A stretch of 64,000 nt of DNA from Escherichia coli (GTDB lineage: Bacteria > Pseudomonadota > Gammaproteobacteria > Enterobacterales > Enterobacteriaceae). This document shows, piece by piece, positions 34,878 through 49,013 of this stretch. The notes beneath the pieces were generated by a model. That model ran no database searches. It was given only the letters and a program-made list of their open reading frames with translations, and was not told the origin of the DNA. Each line of letters begins with the position of its first letter. The first letter of the stretch is position 1. The DNA is taken from assembly GCF_003334385.1 (NCBI RefSeq), contig NZ_QOWN01000008.1. One strand, written 5' to 3'. A program made the position numbers and the translations under genes.

Positions 34878-36095
34878 ATGTCCCCCATTGAAAAATCCAG
34901 CAAATTAGAGAATGTCTGTTATGACATCCGTGGTCCGGTGCTGAAAGAAGCAAAACGCCTGGAAGAAGAAGGTAACAAGGTACTGAAACTGAACATCGGC
35001 AACCCAGCCCCGTTCGGTTTTGACGCGCCAGATGAAATCCTCGTTGACGTGATACGCAACCTGCCTACCGCTCAAGGGTATTGCGATTCCAAAGGTCTTT
35101 ACTCCGCGCGTAAAGCCATCATGCAGCACTACCAGGCTCGTGGCATGCGTGATGTTACCGTGGAAGATATTTACATCGGCAATGGTGTATCGGAGCTTAT
35201 CGTTCAGGCAATGCAGGCATTGCTGAACAGCGGGGACGAAATGTTGGTTCCTGCACCAGATTACCCACTCTGGACCGCGGCGGTTTCGCTTTCCAGCGGT
35301 AAAGCGGTGCATTATCTTTGCGATGAATCCTCTGACTGGTTCCCGGACCTCGATGATATTCGCGCTAAAATTACGCCTCGTACGCGTGGGATCGTTATTA
35401 TCAACCCAAATAACCCAACCGGCGCGGTATATTCCAAAGAGCTTTTAATGGAGATTGTGGAGATTGCACGTCAGCATAATCTCATTATCTTCGCCGATGA
35501 AATTTATGACAAAATTCTCTACGACGACGCTGAGCATCACTCAATTGCGCCGCTGGCACCTGACCTGCTGACCATTACCTTTAACGGACTGTCGAAAACG
35601 TACCGCGTTGCAGGCTTCCGTCAGGGGTGGATGGTGTTGAACGGGCCGAAAAAACACGCCAAAGGCTACATCGAAGGTCTGGAAATGCTGGCTTCAATGC
35701 GCCTGTGTGCTAACGTTCCTGCGCAACACGCCATTCAGACCGCGCTAGGTGGTTATCAGAGCATCAGTGAATTTATTACCCCTGGCGGTCGTCTTTATGA
35801 GCAGCGTAACCGCGCGTGGGAACTGATCAACGATATTCCGGGCGTTTCCTGCGTGAAACCTCGTGGTGCGCTGTATATGTTCCCGAAAATCGACGCCAAA
35901 CGCTTTAACATTCACGACGATCAGAAAATGGTGCTGGATTTCCTGTTGCAGGAAAAAGTTCTGTTGGTGCAAGGGACGGCATTCAACTGGCCGTGGCCGG
36001 ATCACTTCCGCATTGTCACGCTACCGCGTGTCGATGATATCGAGCTGTCTTTGAGCAAGTTCGCGCGTTTCCTTTCTGGTTATCATCAGCTGTAA
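34878..36095 (+). CDS. alaA: Glutamate-pyruvate aminotransferase AlaA, PLP-dependent (405 aa)
   Basis: MSPIEKSSKLENVCYDIRGPVLKEAKRLEEEGNKVLKLNIGNPAPFGF... aminotransferase class I with PLP-lysine context (FNGLSKTYRVAGFRQGW). Confidence 0.93.
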   Translation: MSPIEKSSKLENVCYDIRGPVLKEAKRLEEEGNKVLKLNIGNPAPFGFDAPDEILVDVIRNLPTAQGYCDSKGLYSARKAIMQHYQARGMRDVTVEDIYIGNGVSELIVQAMQALLNSGDEMLVPAPDYPLWTAAVSLSSGKAVHYLCDESSDWFPDLDDIRAKITPRTRGIVIINPNNPTGAVYSKELLMEIVEIARQHNLIIFADEIYDKILYDDAEHHSIAPLAPDLLTITFNGLSKTYRVAGFRQGWMVLNGPKKHAKGYIEGLEMLASMRLCANVPAQHAIQTALGGYQSISEFITPGGRLYEQRNRAWELINDIPGVSCVKPRGALYMFPKIDAKRFNIHDDQKMVLDFLLQEKVLLVQGTAFNWPWPDHFRIVTLPRVDDIELSLSKFARFLSGYHQL

Positions 36096-36107
36096 TCTTA
36101 ATTTCAC

Positions 36108-36129
36108 TGCCGGAGATTGCATCCGGCAG
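36108..36129 (+). terminator. Hairpin just after the alaA stop (possible terminator; weak U-tract)
   Basis: ctgccgga-gattgca-tccggcag, 8-bp stem; downstream sequence is not T-rich. Confidence 0.35.
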
Positions 36130-36178
36130 CGTTATCCCGCCACAATGACCTGATGATGTCATCATACGTAAGGTCACT

Positions 36179-36778
36179 ATGAAACAGAGCCATTTTTTTG
36201 CCCATCTCTCCCGCCTGAAACTCATTAACCGCTGGCCGCTCATGCGCAACGTGCGGACGGAAAATGTGTCCGAACACAGTTTGCAGGTAGCGATGGTCGC
36301 CCATGCGCTGGCAGCTATCAAAAATCGAAAATTTGGCGGTAATGTCAACGCCGAACGTATCGCTTTACTGGCGATGTACCACGATGCCTCAGAAGTGCTC
36401 ACCGGCGATCTCCCTACTCCGGTGAAATACTTCAATTCGCAAATCGCTCAGGAGTACAAGGCTATTGAAAAAATCGCTCAGCAAAAACTGGTCGATATGG
36501 TTCCGGAAGAGCTGCGGGATATCTTTGCGCCGTTAATTGACGAGCATGCATATAGCGATGAAGAAAAATCGCTGGTGAAACAGGCAGATGCACTGTGTGC
36601 ATATCTGAAATGTCTGGAAGAACTCGCGGCCGGAAATAATGAATTCTTGCTGGCAAAAACGCGACTGGAAGCGACGCTTGAAGCGCGTCGCAGCCAGGAG
36701 ATGGACTACTTCATGGAAATATTTGTTCCCAGCTTCCATCTTTCGCTCGATGAGATTAGCCAGGATTCACCGCTGTAA
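36179..36778 (+). CDS. yfbR: YfbR, HD-domain 5'-deoxynucleotidase (199 aa)
   Basis: [45 protein letters not shown]... (HD motif). Confidence 0.92.
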   Translation: MKQSHFFAHLSRLKLINRWPLMRNVRTENVSEHSLQVAMVAHALAAIKNRKFGGNVNAERIALLAMYHDASEVLTGDLPTPVKYFNSQIAQEYKAIEKIAQQKLVDMVPEELRDIFAPLIDEHAYSDEEKSLVKQADALCAYLKCLEELAAGNNEFLLAKTRLEATLEARRSQEMDYFMEIFVPSFHLSLDEISQDSPL

Positions 36779-36784
36779 GCAGCC

Positions 36785-36835
36785 GGAGTCTGCGTCGCAT
36801 CAGGCAATAAGCGCCGGATGCGACATCAGGCTCTT
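36785..36835. repeat. REP-like palindromic repeat between yfbR and yfbS
   Basis: ctgcgtcgcatcaggcaataagcgccggatgcgacatcaggc contains inverted REP-type half sites (GCCGGATGCG / CGCATCAGGC). Confidence 0.5.
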
Positions 36836-36836
36836 G

Positions 36837-38669
36837 TCAAAACGGAAACAGCATCGGGATCATCACCACACAAACCGCCATCACGATAATGGTGAACGGT
36901 ACCCCCAACTTCACAAAGTCACTGAAGCTGTAATTTCCCGGACCTAAAACCAGTGTGTTAACAGGTGAAGAAACCGGTGTCATAAAGGCGGCGGATGCTG
37001 CCATCGCCACGACCATCGCGAATGGATAAGGCGACACCCCCATCGTTTTGGCAGCAGCCAGCGCAATCGGAGCCATCAACACCGCCGTCGCGGTATTAGA
37101 GATAAATAGCCCAATAACCGCCGACAAGACAAACAAACACCCCAGCATCATATGTGGCCCGTAACCACCGCCAATGTCCATCAGCCCTTTCACCGCCAGC
37201 GCGACACCTCCCGTTTTCTGTAATGCCACAGCAAACGGCATCATCCCAACGATCAAAATAATGCTCGGCCAGTGAATGGATTTATAGGCGCTTTCAGCAT
37301 CTATACAGCGGAATTTCCCCATCAGCAGGCAGGCGATGATAGCGGCAACAGGATTAGGAATTTCATCTGTCAGCATTAACGCCACCATTAGCACCAGACA
37401 GAAAATGGCATGGGGTGCCTGGCTGTGCGCGGGTGATGCTTCACTCACCTCTTCCGGTAAGTTCAGCGCTACGAAGTCGCGGCCCTGTTTGGCCAGCATA
37501 CCGATCAGTTTCCAGTTACCCACAACCAGGATGATATCGCCCAGCAGCAGAGGCTCATCCGCCAGCGAACCTTCCAGCGCCACGCCATTGCGCTTTAGCC
37601 CCACCACATTCAGTCCGTAGCGGGTACGAAAACCAATTTCGCGCACCGATTTACCAATCAGTTCTGACTCAGGAATTAATGAAATCTCTGCCATGCCCAC
37701 ATCAAGGGCCTGGTCAGAAAAATACTCGCCGCGCAGTACCATCGGCTCCAGCAATTGCTCACTACAAAATTGCCGGAGATCGACATCAGCCGCAGACATA
37801 TCAATAAGCAAAACGTCACGCGCGCGAAATTCAGAAACCCCATTAACGTTCACGATAACGCGACGAAAACGCCGCCAGCGTTCAACACCGATGACGTTAG
37901 CGCCATAACGCTCACGTAATTTGAGATCATCCAGCCGTTGACCAATCATTGGCGATCCGGGGCGAATAGCCAGACGTCGCGCACGCCCGGTCAGTCGATA
38001 TTCACGGATAAGATCGCGAAAGGTTCGACGCGTCCAGCCTTCGCGCTGCGGGGTCTGGGTATCCCCTTTCAGCATGAAACGCATCACTAACATATACAAA
38101 ATACCCAGCACCAGCACGACCAGGCCAATAGGTGTTACGCTAAAGAAACTGAAGCCGTGATAGCCTTCACGCAGCAATTCACTGTTGACTACCAGGTTCG
38201 GCGGCGTCGCCACCAGCGTCATCATGCCGCTAATCAGCCCGGCAAAACTTAACGGCATCATCAGACGTGACGGCGACGTTTGCATACGCATGGCAACGCT
38301 TAACACCACGGGAATAAAGATAGCGACAACGCCGGTTGAACTCATAAACGCGCCAAGCCCCGCGACGGTCAGCATCAACAAAACCAACATTTTGATTTCA
38401 CTATTGCCCGCAACTTTGACCAGCCATGTTCCCATTACGGTGGCAACACCGGTACGGACCAAACCATCGCCAATAATAAACAAGGCGGCAATCAGGACAA
38501 CGTTAGGATCAGAAAAGCCGGAAAATACTTCTGGGACTGTCAGCGTTCCGCTTAATGCAAACGCGACAATAACAAACAAAGCGACCGCATCCATACGCAC
38601 TCTGCCCGTCGCAAACAAGACGATGGCAACGGCCAGTAATGAAAGAACCCAAATCAATTCACCGTTCAC
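36837..38669 (-). CDS. yfbS: YfbS, predicted divalent-anion:Na+ symporter-type transporter with TrkA-C domains (610 aa)
   Basis: Multi-pass membrane protein with a central soluble region; syntenic position. Confidence 0.88.
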
Positions 38670-38755
38670 AACTTATCCTTGTTAATTGAGGGGGATGACT
38701 TGATTCTGCCATAAAAAAGCCCCGACGAGACGGGGCTAAATCATGATCAGGTGTT

Positions 38756-39406
38756 TCACTGAATAATAACATCGCCATTTGGCTGTTTGGTCACAGTAAT
38801 TTGCTCCAGACTGTGGAGGACCAAATCGACCTCATTCAGGCGCGGGGTATCTGCCGGAGCGTTAACCGCAATGACATGACAACCCGCCGCCAGGCCAGAA
38901 AGCACGCCAGCGGGAGCATCTTCCACCACCACACACTCCTGCGGCGCAAGCCCCAGCAGCTGCGCGCCTAACAGATACGCATCAGGTTCTGGTTTTCCGC
39001 GCTTCACTCGCTCAGCGGTTACAAACACCTCTGGTGCGGGAAGCCCAGCTATTTTATGGCGCGCTCGCGCTACCGGCATGGAGCCAGAAGTCACAATGGC
39101 CCACGGAATACCTGCTTTATTCAAATGACTGAGTAAGGCGATTGCCCCCGGAAGCGCGGTAATACCTTCGGTTTCCGTGGCCTCGATGTGCTCCAGACGC
39201 GTAAACTCGGCGGCAATATCAGCCTCGGATTTGCCCGCCATAAAATGGCGCAGAGAGGTGATCGCCTGTTTACCGTGAATGAAAGCCAGCACCTCTTCCG
39301 GCGCTAACCCATGACGTCTGGCCCAGTTGCTCCACGCCCGTTCTACCGCAGGCAGGGAATCCACCAGCGTTCCATCAAGATCAAACAGAAAACCTTTGCA
39401 CCGCAC
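38756..39406 (-). CDS. yfbT: YfbT/HxpA, HAD-family sugar phosphatase (about 216 aa; probable GTG start, ORF extends to 39424)
   Basis: HAD motif I FLFDLDGTLVDS directly after the proposed start; start position uncertain. Confidence 0.85.
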   Translation of the reverse strand: MRCKGFLFDLDGTLVDSLPAVERAWSNWARRHGLAPEEVLAFIHGKQAITSLRHFMAGKSEADIAAEFTRLEHIEATETEGITALPGAIALLSHLNKAGIPWAIVTSGSMPVARARHKIAGLPAPEVFVTAERVKRGKPEPDAYLLGAQLLGLAPQECVVVEDAPAGVLSGLAAGCHVIAVNAPADTPRLNEVDLVLHSLEQITVTKQPNGDVIIQ

Positions 39407-39416
39407 GCGGGCCTCC

Positions 39417-39989
<573 letters not shown>

Positions 39990-39993
39990 TCAA

Positions 39994-40449
39994 TTACAAA
40001 TCATCAAGGAAAGTTTTATCCAGTTGTTTGAAGGCGCGCTTAAGCGTGTCAGCTAATGCCTGGTAATCAGGCTTGCCTTCAACGGGTGCCAACACCTGTC
40101 CAGACTCCTGCAATTTACCGCGAACTTCATAAAACCAGTTAAGGATTGCAGGGGGTAATGGCGTGACAGAACGCTTGCCCAGCCACCACAATCCCTGCAT
40201 GGGTAAACTTAAGGCGAACAGGGCAGTGGCAACTGCCGGCCCAAGCTGACCGCCCAGGGCAATCTGCCAGCAGAGAGTAAATACGGCGATCGGCGGCATA
40301 AAACGGATCGCATAACGCGTCATCTTGATAACGCGATTTTCGACAAAGACCGGGGCAAGGCGTTTTTCCAGCGGCCACGTCTTTGAGTAATGCTGTCCCC
40401 GGCGAAACAAGCTAAAAAAATTAACAGAACGATTATCCGGCGTTGACAT
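39994..40449 (-). CDS. yfbV: YfbV, UPF0208-family inner-membrane protein (151 aa)
   Basis: [42 protein letters not shown]... Confidence 0.88.
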
Positions 40450-40695
40450 GCTTCACCTCAACTTCACATATAAAGATTCAAAAATTTGTGCAAATTCACA
40501 ACTCAGCGGGACAACGTTCAAAACATTTTGTCTTCCATACCCACTATCAGGTATCCTTTAGCAGCCTGAAGGCCTAAGTAGTACATATTCATTGAGTCGT
40601 CAAATTCATATACATTATGCCATTGGCTGAAAATTACGCAAAATGGCATAGACTCAAGATATTTCTTCCATCATGCAAAAAAAATTTGCAGTGCA

Positions 40696-40709
40696 TGATG
40701 TTAATCATA
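40696..40709 (+). promoter_or_regulatory. FNR/CRP-type palindrome in the ackA promoter region
   Basis: ATGATgttaATCAT is a perfect 14-bp palindrome resembling the FNR consensus TTGAT-N4-ATCAA; it lies about 80 bp upstream of the ackA ATG, next to a TTGCAG -35-like hexamer. Confidence 0.3.
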
Positions 40710-40786
40710 AATGTCGGTGTCATCATGCGCTACGCTCTATGGCTCCCTGACGTTTTTTTAGCCACGTATCAATTATAGGTACTTCC

Positions 40787-41989
40787 ATGTCGAGTAAGTT
40801 AGTACTGGTTCTGAACTGCGGTAGTTCTTCACTGAAATTTGCCATCATCGATGCAGTAAATGGTGAAGAGTACCTTTCTGGTTTAGCCGAATGTTTCCAC
40901 CTGCCCGAAGCACGTATCAAATGGAAAATGGACGGCAATAAACAGGAAGCGGCTTTAGGTGCAGGCGCCGCTCACAGCGAAGCGCTCAACTTTATCGTTA
41001 ATACTATTCTGGCACAAAAACCAGAACTGTCTGCGCAGCTGACTGCTATCGGTCACCGTATCGTACACGGCGGCGAAAAGTATACCAGCTCCGTAGTGAT
41101 CGATGAGTCTGTTATTCAGGGTATCAAAGATGCAGCTTCTTTTGCACCGCTGCACAACCCGGCTCACCTGATCGGTATCGAAGAAGCTCTGAAATCTTTC
41201 CCACAGCTGAAAGACAAAAACGTTGCTGTATTTGACACCGCGTTCCACCAGACTATGCCGGAAGAGTCTTACCTCTACGCCCTGCCTTACAACCTGTACA
41301 AAGAGCACGGCATCCGTCGTTACGGCGCGCACGGCACCAGCCACTTCTATGTAACCCAGGAAGCGGCAAAAATGCTGAACAAACCGGTAGAAGAACTGAA
41401 CATCATCACCTGCCACCTGGGCAACGGTGGTTCCGTTTCTGCTATCCGCAACGGTAAATGCGTTGACACCTCTATGGGCCTGACCCCGCTGGAAGGTCTG
41501 GTCATGGGTACCCGTTCTGGTGATATCGATCCGGCGATCATCTTCCACCTGCACGACACCCTGGGCATGAGCGTTGACGCAATCAACAAACTGCTGACCA
41601 AAGAGTCTGGCCTGCTGGGTCTGACCGAAGTGACCAGCGACTGCCGCTATGTTGAAGACAACTACGCGACGAAAGAAGACGCGAAGCGCGCAATGGACGT
41701 TTACTGCCACCGCCTGGCGAAATACATCGGTGCCTACACTGCGCTGATGGATGGTCGTCTGGACGCTGTTGTATTCACTGGTGGTATCGGTGAAAATGCC
41801 GCAATGGTTCGTGAACTGTCTCTGGGCAAACTGGGCGTGCTGGGCTTTGAAGTTGATCATGAACGCAACCTGGCTGCACGTTTCGGCAAATCTGGTTTCA
41901 TCAACAAAGAAGGTACCCGTCCTGCGGTGGTTATCCCAACCAACGAAGAACTGGTTATCGCGCAAGACGCGAGCCGCCTGACTGCCTGA
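40787..41989 (+). CDS. ackA: Acetate kinase (400 aa)
   Basis: [67 protein letters not shown]... Confidence 0.97.
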   Translation: MSSKLVLVLNCGSSSLKFAIIDAVNGEEYLSGLAECFHLPEARIKWKMDGNKQEAALGAGAAHSEALNFIVNTILAQKPELSAQLTAIGHRIVHGGEKYTSSVVIDESVIQGIKDAASFAPLHNPAHLIGIEEALKSFPQLKDKNVAVFDTAFHQTMPEESYLYALPYNLYKEHGIRRYGAHGTSHFYVTQEAAKMLNKPVEELNIITCHLGNGGSVSAIRNGKCVDTSMGLTPLEGLVMGTRSGDIDPAIIFHLHDTLGMSVDAINKLLTKESGLLGLTEVTSDCRYVEDNYATKEDAKRAMDVYCHRLAKYIGAYTALMDGRLDAVVFTGGIGENAAMVRELSLGKLGVLGFEVDHERNLAARFGKSGFINKEGTRPAVVIPTNEELVIAQDASRLTA

Positions 41990-42063
41990 TTTCACACCGC
42001 CAGCTCAGCTGGCGGTGCTGTTTTGTAACCCGCCAAATCGGCGGTAACGAAAGAGGATAAACC

Positions 42064-44208
42064 GTGTCCCGTATTATTATGCTGATCCCTACCGGAACCA
42101 GCGTCGGTCTGACCAGCGTCAGCCTTGGCGTGATCCGTGCAATGGAACGCAAAGGCGTTCGTCTGAGCGTTTTCAAACCTATCGCTCAGCCGCGTACCGG
42201 TGGCGATGCGCCCGATCAGACTACGACTATCGTGCGTGCGAACTCTTCCACCACGACGGCCGCTGAACCGCTGAAAATGAGCTACGTTGAAGGTCTGCTT
42301 TCCAGCAATCAGAAAGATGTGCTGATGGAAGAGATCGTCGCAAACTACCACGCTAACACCAAAGACGCTGAAGTCGTTCTGGTTGAAGGTCTGGTCCCGA
42401 CACGTAAGCACCAGTTTGCCCAGTCTCTGAACTACGAAATCGCTAAAACGCTGAATGCGGAAATCGTCTTCGTTATGTCTCAGGGCACTGACACCCCGGA
42501 ACAGCTGAAAGAGCGTATCGAACTGACCCGCAACAGCTTCGGCGGTGCCAAAAACACCAACATCACCGGCGTTATCGTTAACAAACTGAACGCACCGGTT
42601 GATGAACAGGGTCGTACTCGCCCGGATCTGTCCGAGATTTTCGACGACTCTTCCAAAGCTAAAGTAAACAATGTTGATCCGGCGAAGCTGCAAGAATCCA
42701 GCCCGCTGCCGGTTCTCGGCGCTGTGCCGTGGAGCTTTGACCTGATCGCGACTCGTGCGATCGATATGGCTCGCCACCTGAATGCGACCATCATCAACGA
42801 AGGCGACATCAATACTCGCCGCGTTAAATCCGTCACTTTCTGCGCACGCAGCATTCCGCACATGCTGGAGCACTTCCGTGCCGGTTCTCTGCTGGTGACT
42901 TCCGCAGACCGTCCTGACGTGCTGGTGGCCGCTTGCCTGGCAGCCATGAACGGCGTAGAAATCGGTGCCCTGCTGCTGACTGGCGGTTACGAAATGGACG
43001 CGCGCATTTCTAAACTGTGCGAACGTGCTTTCGCTACCGGCCTGCCGGTATTTATGGTGAACACCAACACCTGGCAGACCTCTCTGAGCCTGCAGAGCTT
43101 CAACCTGGAAGTTCCGGTTGACGATCACGAACGTATCGAGAAAGTTCAGGAATACGTTGCTAACTACATCAACGCTGACTGGATCGAATCTCTGACTGCC
43201 ACTTCTGAGCGCAGCCGTCGTCTGTCTCCGCCTGCGTTCCGTTATCAGCTGACTGAACTTGCGCGCAAAGCGGGCAAACGTATCGTACTGCCGGAAGGTG
43301 ACGAACCGCGTACCGTTAAAGCAGCCGCTATCTGTGCTGAACGTGGTATCGCAACTTGCGTACTGCTGGGTAATCCGGCAGAGATCAACCGTGTTGCAGC
43401 GTCTCAGGGTGTAGAACTGGGTGCAGGGATTGAAATCGTTGATCCAGAAGTGGTTCGCGAAAGCTATGTTGGTCGTCTGGTCGAACTGCGTAAGAACAAA
43501 GGCATGACCGAAACCGTTGCCCGCGAACAGCTGGAAGACAACGTGGTGCTCGGTACGCTGATGCTGGAACAGGATGAAGTTGATGGTCTGGTTTCCGGTG
43601 CTGTTCACACTACCGCAAACACCATCCGTCCGCCGCTGCAGCTGATCAAAACTGCACCGGGCAGCTCCCTGGTATCTTCCGTGTTCTTCATGCTGCTGCC
43701 GGAACAGGTTTACGTTTACGGTGACTGTGCGATCAACCCGGATCCGACCGCTGAACAGCTGGCAGAAATCGCGATTCAGTCCGCTGATTCCGCTGCGGCC
43801 TTCGGTATCGAACCGCGCGTTGCTATGCTCTCCTACTCCACCGGTACTTCTGGTGCAGGTAGCGACGTAGAAAAAGTTCGCGAAGCAACTCGTCTGGCGC
43901 AGGAAAAACGTCCTGACCTGATGATCGACGGTCCGCTGCAGTACGACGCTGCGGTAATGGCTGACGTTGCGAAATCCAAAGCGCCGAACTCTCCGGTTGC
44001 AGGTCGCGCTACCGTGTTCATCTTCCCGGATCTGAACACCGGTAACACCACCTACAAAGCGGTACAGCGTTCTGCCGACCTGATCTCCATCGGGCCGATG
44101 CTGCAGGGTATGCGCAAGCCGGTTAACGACCTGTCCCGTGGCGCACTGGTTGACGATATCGTCTACACCATCGCGCTGACTGCGATTCAGTCTGCACAGC
44201 AGCAGTAA
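42064..44208 (+). CDS. pta: Phosphate acetyltransferase (714 aa)
   Basis: [43 protein letters not shown]...; DRTGG + PTA domain architecture; directly downstream of ackA. Confidence 0.97.
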
Positions 44209-44248
44209 TCTCGTCATCATCCGCAGCTTTGCGCTGCGGATATCTGAA

Positions 44249-44278
44249 CCGGAAATAATCACTATTTCCGGTTTTTTA
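44249..44278 (+). terminator. Rho-independent terminator of ackA-pta
   Basis: ccggaaata-atcac-tatttccgg followed by TTTTTT; an additional upstream hairpin ccgcagc-tttgc-gctgcgg at 44221-44239. Confidence 0.75.
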
Positions 44279-44397
44279 TTCTCTTAATTTGCATTAATCC
44301 TTTCTGATTATCTTGCTTAACTGCGCTGCATCAATGAATTGCGCCATCCCACTTTGCATACTTACCACTTTGTTTTGTGCAAGGGAATATTTGCGCT

Positions 44398-45918
44398 ATG
44401 TCCGCAATCACTGAATCCAAACCAACAAGAAGATGGGCAATGCCCGATACGTTGGTGATTATCTTTTTTGTTGCTATTTTAACCAGCCTTGCCACCTGGG
44501 TAGTTCCGGTGGGGATGTTTGACAGTCAGGAAGTGCAGTATCAGGTTGATGGTCAAACAAAAACACGCAAAGTCGTAGATCCACACTCATTTCGCATTCT
44601 GACTAACGAAGCAGGCGAACCTGAGTATCACCGCGTACAGCTGTTCACGACGGGCGATGAACGCCCGGGCCTGATGAACTTCCCGTTTGAAGGATTAACC
44701 TCAGGATCGAAATACGGGACAGCCGTTGGCATCATCATGTTTATGCTGGTGATTGGCGGCGCGTTTGGCATTGTGATGCGTACAGGAACCATTGATAACG
44801 GTATCCTGGCGCTTATTCGCCATACCCGCGGGAATGAAATTCTCTTTATTCCTGCGCTGTTTATTCTGTTTTCACTTGGCGGCGCGGTATTTGGTATGGG
44901 AGAAGAGGCCGTCGCCTTTGCCATTATCATCGCACCGCTAATGGTCCGGCTGGGCTATGACAGTATTACCACCGTCCTGGTGACCTATATTGCCACGCAA
45001 ATCGGTTTTGCCAGTTCGTGGATGAACCCGTTTTGTGTGGTCGTTGCTCAGGGGATTGCCGGCGTTCCGGTGCTTTCTGGCTCCGGGTTGCGCATCGTGG
45101 TGTGGGTTATCGCCACTCTGATTGGCCTGATCTTTACCATGGTGTACGCCTCACGAGTGAAAAAGAATCCTCTTCTGTCACGCGTGCATGAGTCCGACCG
45201 CTTCTTTCGTGAAAAGCAGGCTGATGTTGAACAACGTCCGTTTACCTTTGGTGACTGGCTGGTATTGATTGTCCTGACCGCCGTAATGGTCTGGGTGATT
45301 TGGGGCGTGATCGTTAATGCCTGGTTTATTCCAGAAATTGCCAGCCAGTTCTTCACCATGGGTCTGGTGATTGGCATCATCGGCGTTGTTTTCCGCCTTA
45401 ACGGCATGACGGTTAATACCATGGCTTCATCCTTTACCGAAGGGGCGCGAATGATGATCGCCCCTGCCCTGCTGGTGGGTTTCGCCAAAGGGATTTTGCT
45501 GCTGGTCGGTAATGGTGAAGCGGGTGATGCCAGCGTGTTAAATACCATCCTCAACAGCATTGCCAATGCCATTAGCGGTCTGGACAACGCGGTCGCGGCC
45601 TGGTTTATGTTGCTCTTCCAGGCGGTATTTAATTTCTTCGTGACGTCCGGTTCTGGTCAGGCGGCGTTAACCATGCCGTTACTGGCACCGCTTGGCGATC
45701 TGGTCGGTGTTAACCGTCAGGTTACCGTGCTGGCGTTCCAGTTTGGTGATGGCTTCAGTCACATCATTTACCCAACCTCAGCGTCGTTAATGGCAACGCT
45801 CGGTGTGTGCAGGGTGGACTTCCGTAACTGGCTGAAGGTGGGCGCGACCCTACTTGGACTGCTGTTTATTATGTCCAGCGTCGTAGTGATCGGCGCTCAG
45901 TTGATGGGCTACCACTAA
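44398..45918 (+). CDS. yfcC: YfcC, inner-membrane transporter-like protein (506 aa)
   Basis: MSAITESKPTRRWAMPDTLVIIFFVAILTSLATWVVPVGMFDSQEVQYQVDG...; start at the internal Met of the 513-aa ORF. Confidence 0.88.
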   Translation: MSAITESKPTRRWAMPDTLVIIFFVAILTSLATWVVPVGMFDSQEVQYQVDGQTKTRKVVDPHSFRILTNEAGEPEYHRVQLFTTGDERPGLMNFPFEGLTSGSKYGTAVGIIMFMLVIGGAFGIVMRTGTIDNGILALIRHTRGNEILFIPALFILFSLGGAVFGMGEEAVAFAIIIAPLMVRLGYDSITTVLVTYIATQIGFASSWMNPFCVVVAQGIAGVPVLSGSGLRIVVWVIATLIGLIFTMVYASRVKKNPLLSRVHESDRFFREKQADVEQRPFTFGDWLVLIVLTAVMVWVIWGVIVNAWFIPEIASQFFTMGLVIGIIGVVFRLNGMTVNTMASSFTEGARMMIAPALLVGFAKGILLLVGNGEAGDASVLNTILNSIANAISGLDNAVAAWFMLLFQAVFNFFVTSGSGQAALTMPLLAPLGDLVGVNRQVTVLAFQFGDGFSHIIYPTSASLMATLGVCRVDFRNWLKVGATLLGLLFIMSSVVVIGAQLMGYH

Positions 45919-45926
45919 AAATGTTA

Positions 45927-45950
45927 AGAGCCGCAATTGCGGCTCTTTTT
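45927..45950. terminator. Bidirectional rho-independent terminator between yfcC and yfcD
   Basis: agagccgc-aatt-gcggctct followed by TTTTTT; abuts the yfcD stop codon. Confidence 0.7.
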
Positions 45951-46493
45951 TCATTCTGCCGTTTCAGTCTCTACGGCTTCATTTTTGGCATTGCGCTTCA
46001 TCCACAACGCTAGCGCTTTCAGCGAGTCTGGAGTGAACTCATCGCAGCGTGCGGTGATTTCTTCCGGCGTCAGCCAGCAAACTTCACTGACTTCATCTTC
46101 CTGTAGTGCGAAGGGACCGTGAGAGACGCAGCTGAACAATGCGCCCCAGACACGGCAATTTTTATCTTCGAAATAGAACTGCCCGTGCTCGGCAAAGGGG
46201 ACACCGGCAATGCCCAACTCTTCTTCCGCTTCGCGACGCGCGGATTCCAGCAGTTGCTCATCGGCCTGGACTACACCGCCTGCGGTCGCATCTAACATGC
46301 CGGGTAAAAAGTCTTTTGTCTCGGTACGACGCTGGACCAGAATTTTGCCCATGCCATCATGCACGACGATGTAAGTTGCACGATGACGCAGACACTGTGC
46401 CCGCATTTGTTCCCGGCTGGCTTGTGCAATGACTTCGTTCTCTTCATTGACAATATCCACCCATTCAGTACTTGCCAAACGACGCTGTTCCAT
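45951..46493 (-). CDS. yfcD: YfcD, Nudix hydrolase (180 aa)
   Basis: Nudix box [24 protein letters not shown]. Confidence 0.9.
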
Positions 46494-46550
46494 TATCAGG
46501 AAACCTTCTTTTTCTGGCGCTCTTACGGCGCATTTTGAGTTGTGGGTAAA

Positions 46551-47105
46551 TTACGGATTAATCGCGACCTGCGCAATGATACTTTGATCATTGAGTGCGA
46601 TTACACTAAGTACGTCATTATCCAGCATGCCATAACTCGCCGGATTACCGCCTTTCGGAATACTCACCGAGCCGGGGTTGAAGTGGAAAATCTCCCCCCG
46701 CTGTTCTGCCACTGGCAGATGGGTATGACCGTACACCAGCACATCGTTCTGGTTTAAAGCAGGCAGATTTTCCGGGCCAAAAAGATGACCATGCGTCAAA
46801 AACAGACGTTGTTTTTCCAGTAATACCTGTTGCCACGGCGCGGTTATCGGGAAATGCAGCAGCATTTGATCCACTTCGCTGTCGCAGTTGCCGCGCACAG
46901 CGATAACCTTATGTGCCACTTCATTAAGCCGTTCAGCGACTTTGGCTGGCGCGTAACCCTCCGGTAAAGCATTACGCGGGCCGTGATTCAACACGTCGCC
47001 AAGGATCACCAGCCACTGGGCACCGCTTTGGGCAAACAACTCCAGAACACGTTCCGTCGCCGGTAACGACCCATGAATGTCCGATGCAAACATCAGTTTC
47101 ATCAC
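46551..47105 (-). CDS. yfcE: YfcE, metallophosphoesterase (184 aa)
   Basis: MMKLMFASDIHGSLPATERVLELF...GDVLNHGPRN...GHTH: calcineurin-like phosphoesterase motifs. Confidence 0.9.
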   Translation of the reverse strand: MMKLMFASDIHGSLPATERVLELFAQSGAQWLVILGDVLNHGPRNALPEGYAPAKVAERLNEVAHKVIAVRGNCDSEVDQMLLHFPITAPWQQVLLEKQRLFLTHGHLFGPENLPALNQNDVLVYGHTHLPVAEQRGEIFHFNPGSVSIPKGGNPASYGMLDNDVLSVIALNDQSIIAQVAINP

Positions 47106-47108
47106 TCA

Positions 47109-48574
<1,466 letters not shown>

Positions 48575-48630
48575 CAGAAACAGGTTCTCGTGTATTATTT
48601 CATCCTAAGTAAAACAACGGAGAACCTGCA

Positions 48631-48993
48631 ATGGCACAACCTGCCGCTATTATTCGTATAAAGAACCTTCGTTTGCGTACGTTTATCGGAATTAAGGAAG
48701 AAGAAATTAACAACCGTCAGGATATTGTTATCAATGTGACGATCCACTACCCCGCCGATAAAGCGCGCACTAGCGAAGATATCAACGATGCGCTGAATTA
48801 TCGCACCGTAACGAAAAACATTATTCAGCATGTAGAGAATAACCGTTTCTCTTTGCTGGAAAAATTAACTCAGGATGTGCTCGATATCGCACGTGAACAT
48901 CACTGGGTGACGTATGCTGAAGTGGAGATCGATAAACTGCACGCGCTGCGCTACGCCGATTCGGTATCCATGACCTTAAGCTGGCAGCGTTAA
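48631..48993 (+). CDS. folX: Dihydroneopterin triphosphate 2'-epimerase (120 aa)
   Basis: [47 protein letters not shown]... Confidence 0.93.
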
Positions 48994-49013
48994 TCGCCAT
49001 ATCGGGAGGCTGC

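Noticed and set aside
41992-44262. 756-aa ORF antisense to pta (and a 346-aa ORF antisense to ackA at 40955-41995)
   Set aside because: pta and ackA are unambiguous on the + strand; long antisense frames result from codon bias and lack RBS or promoter context.
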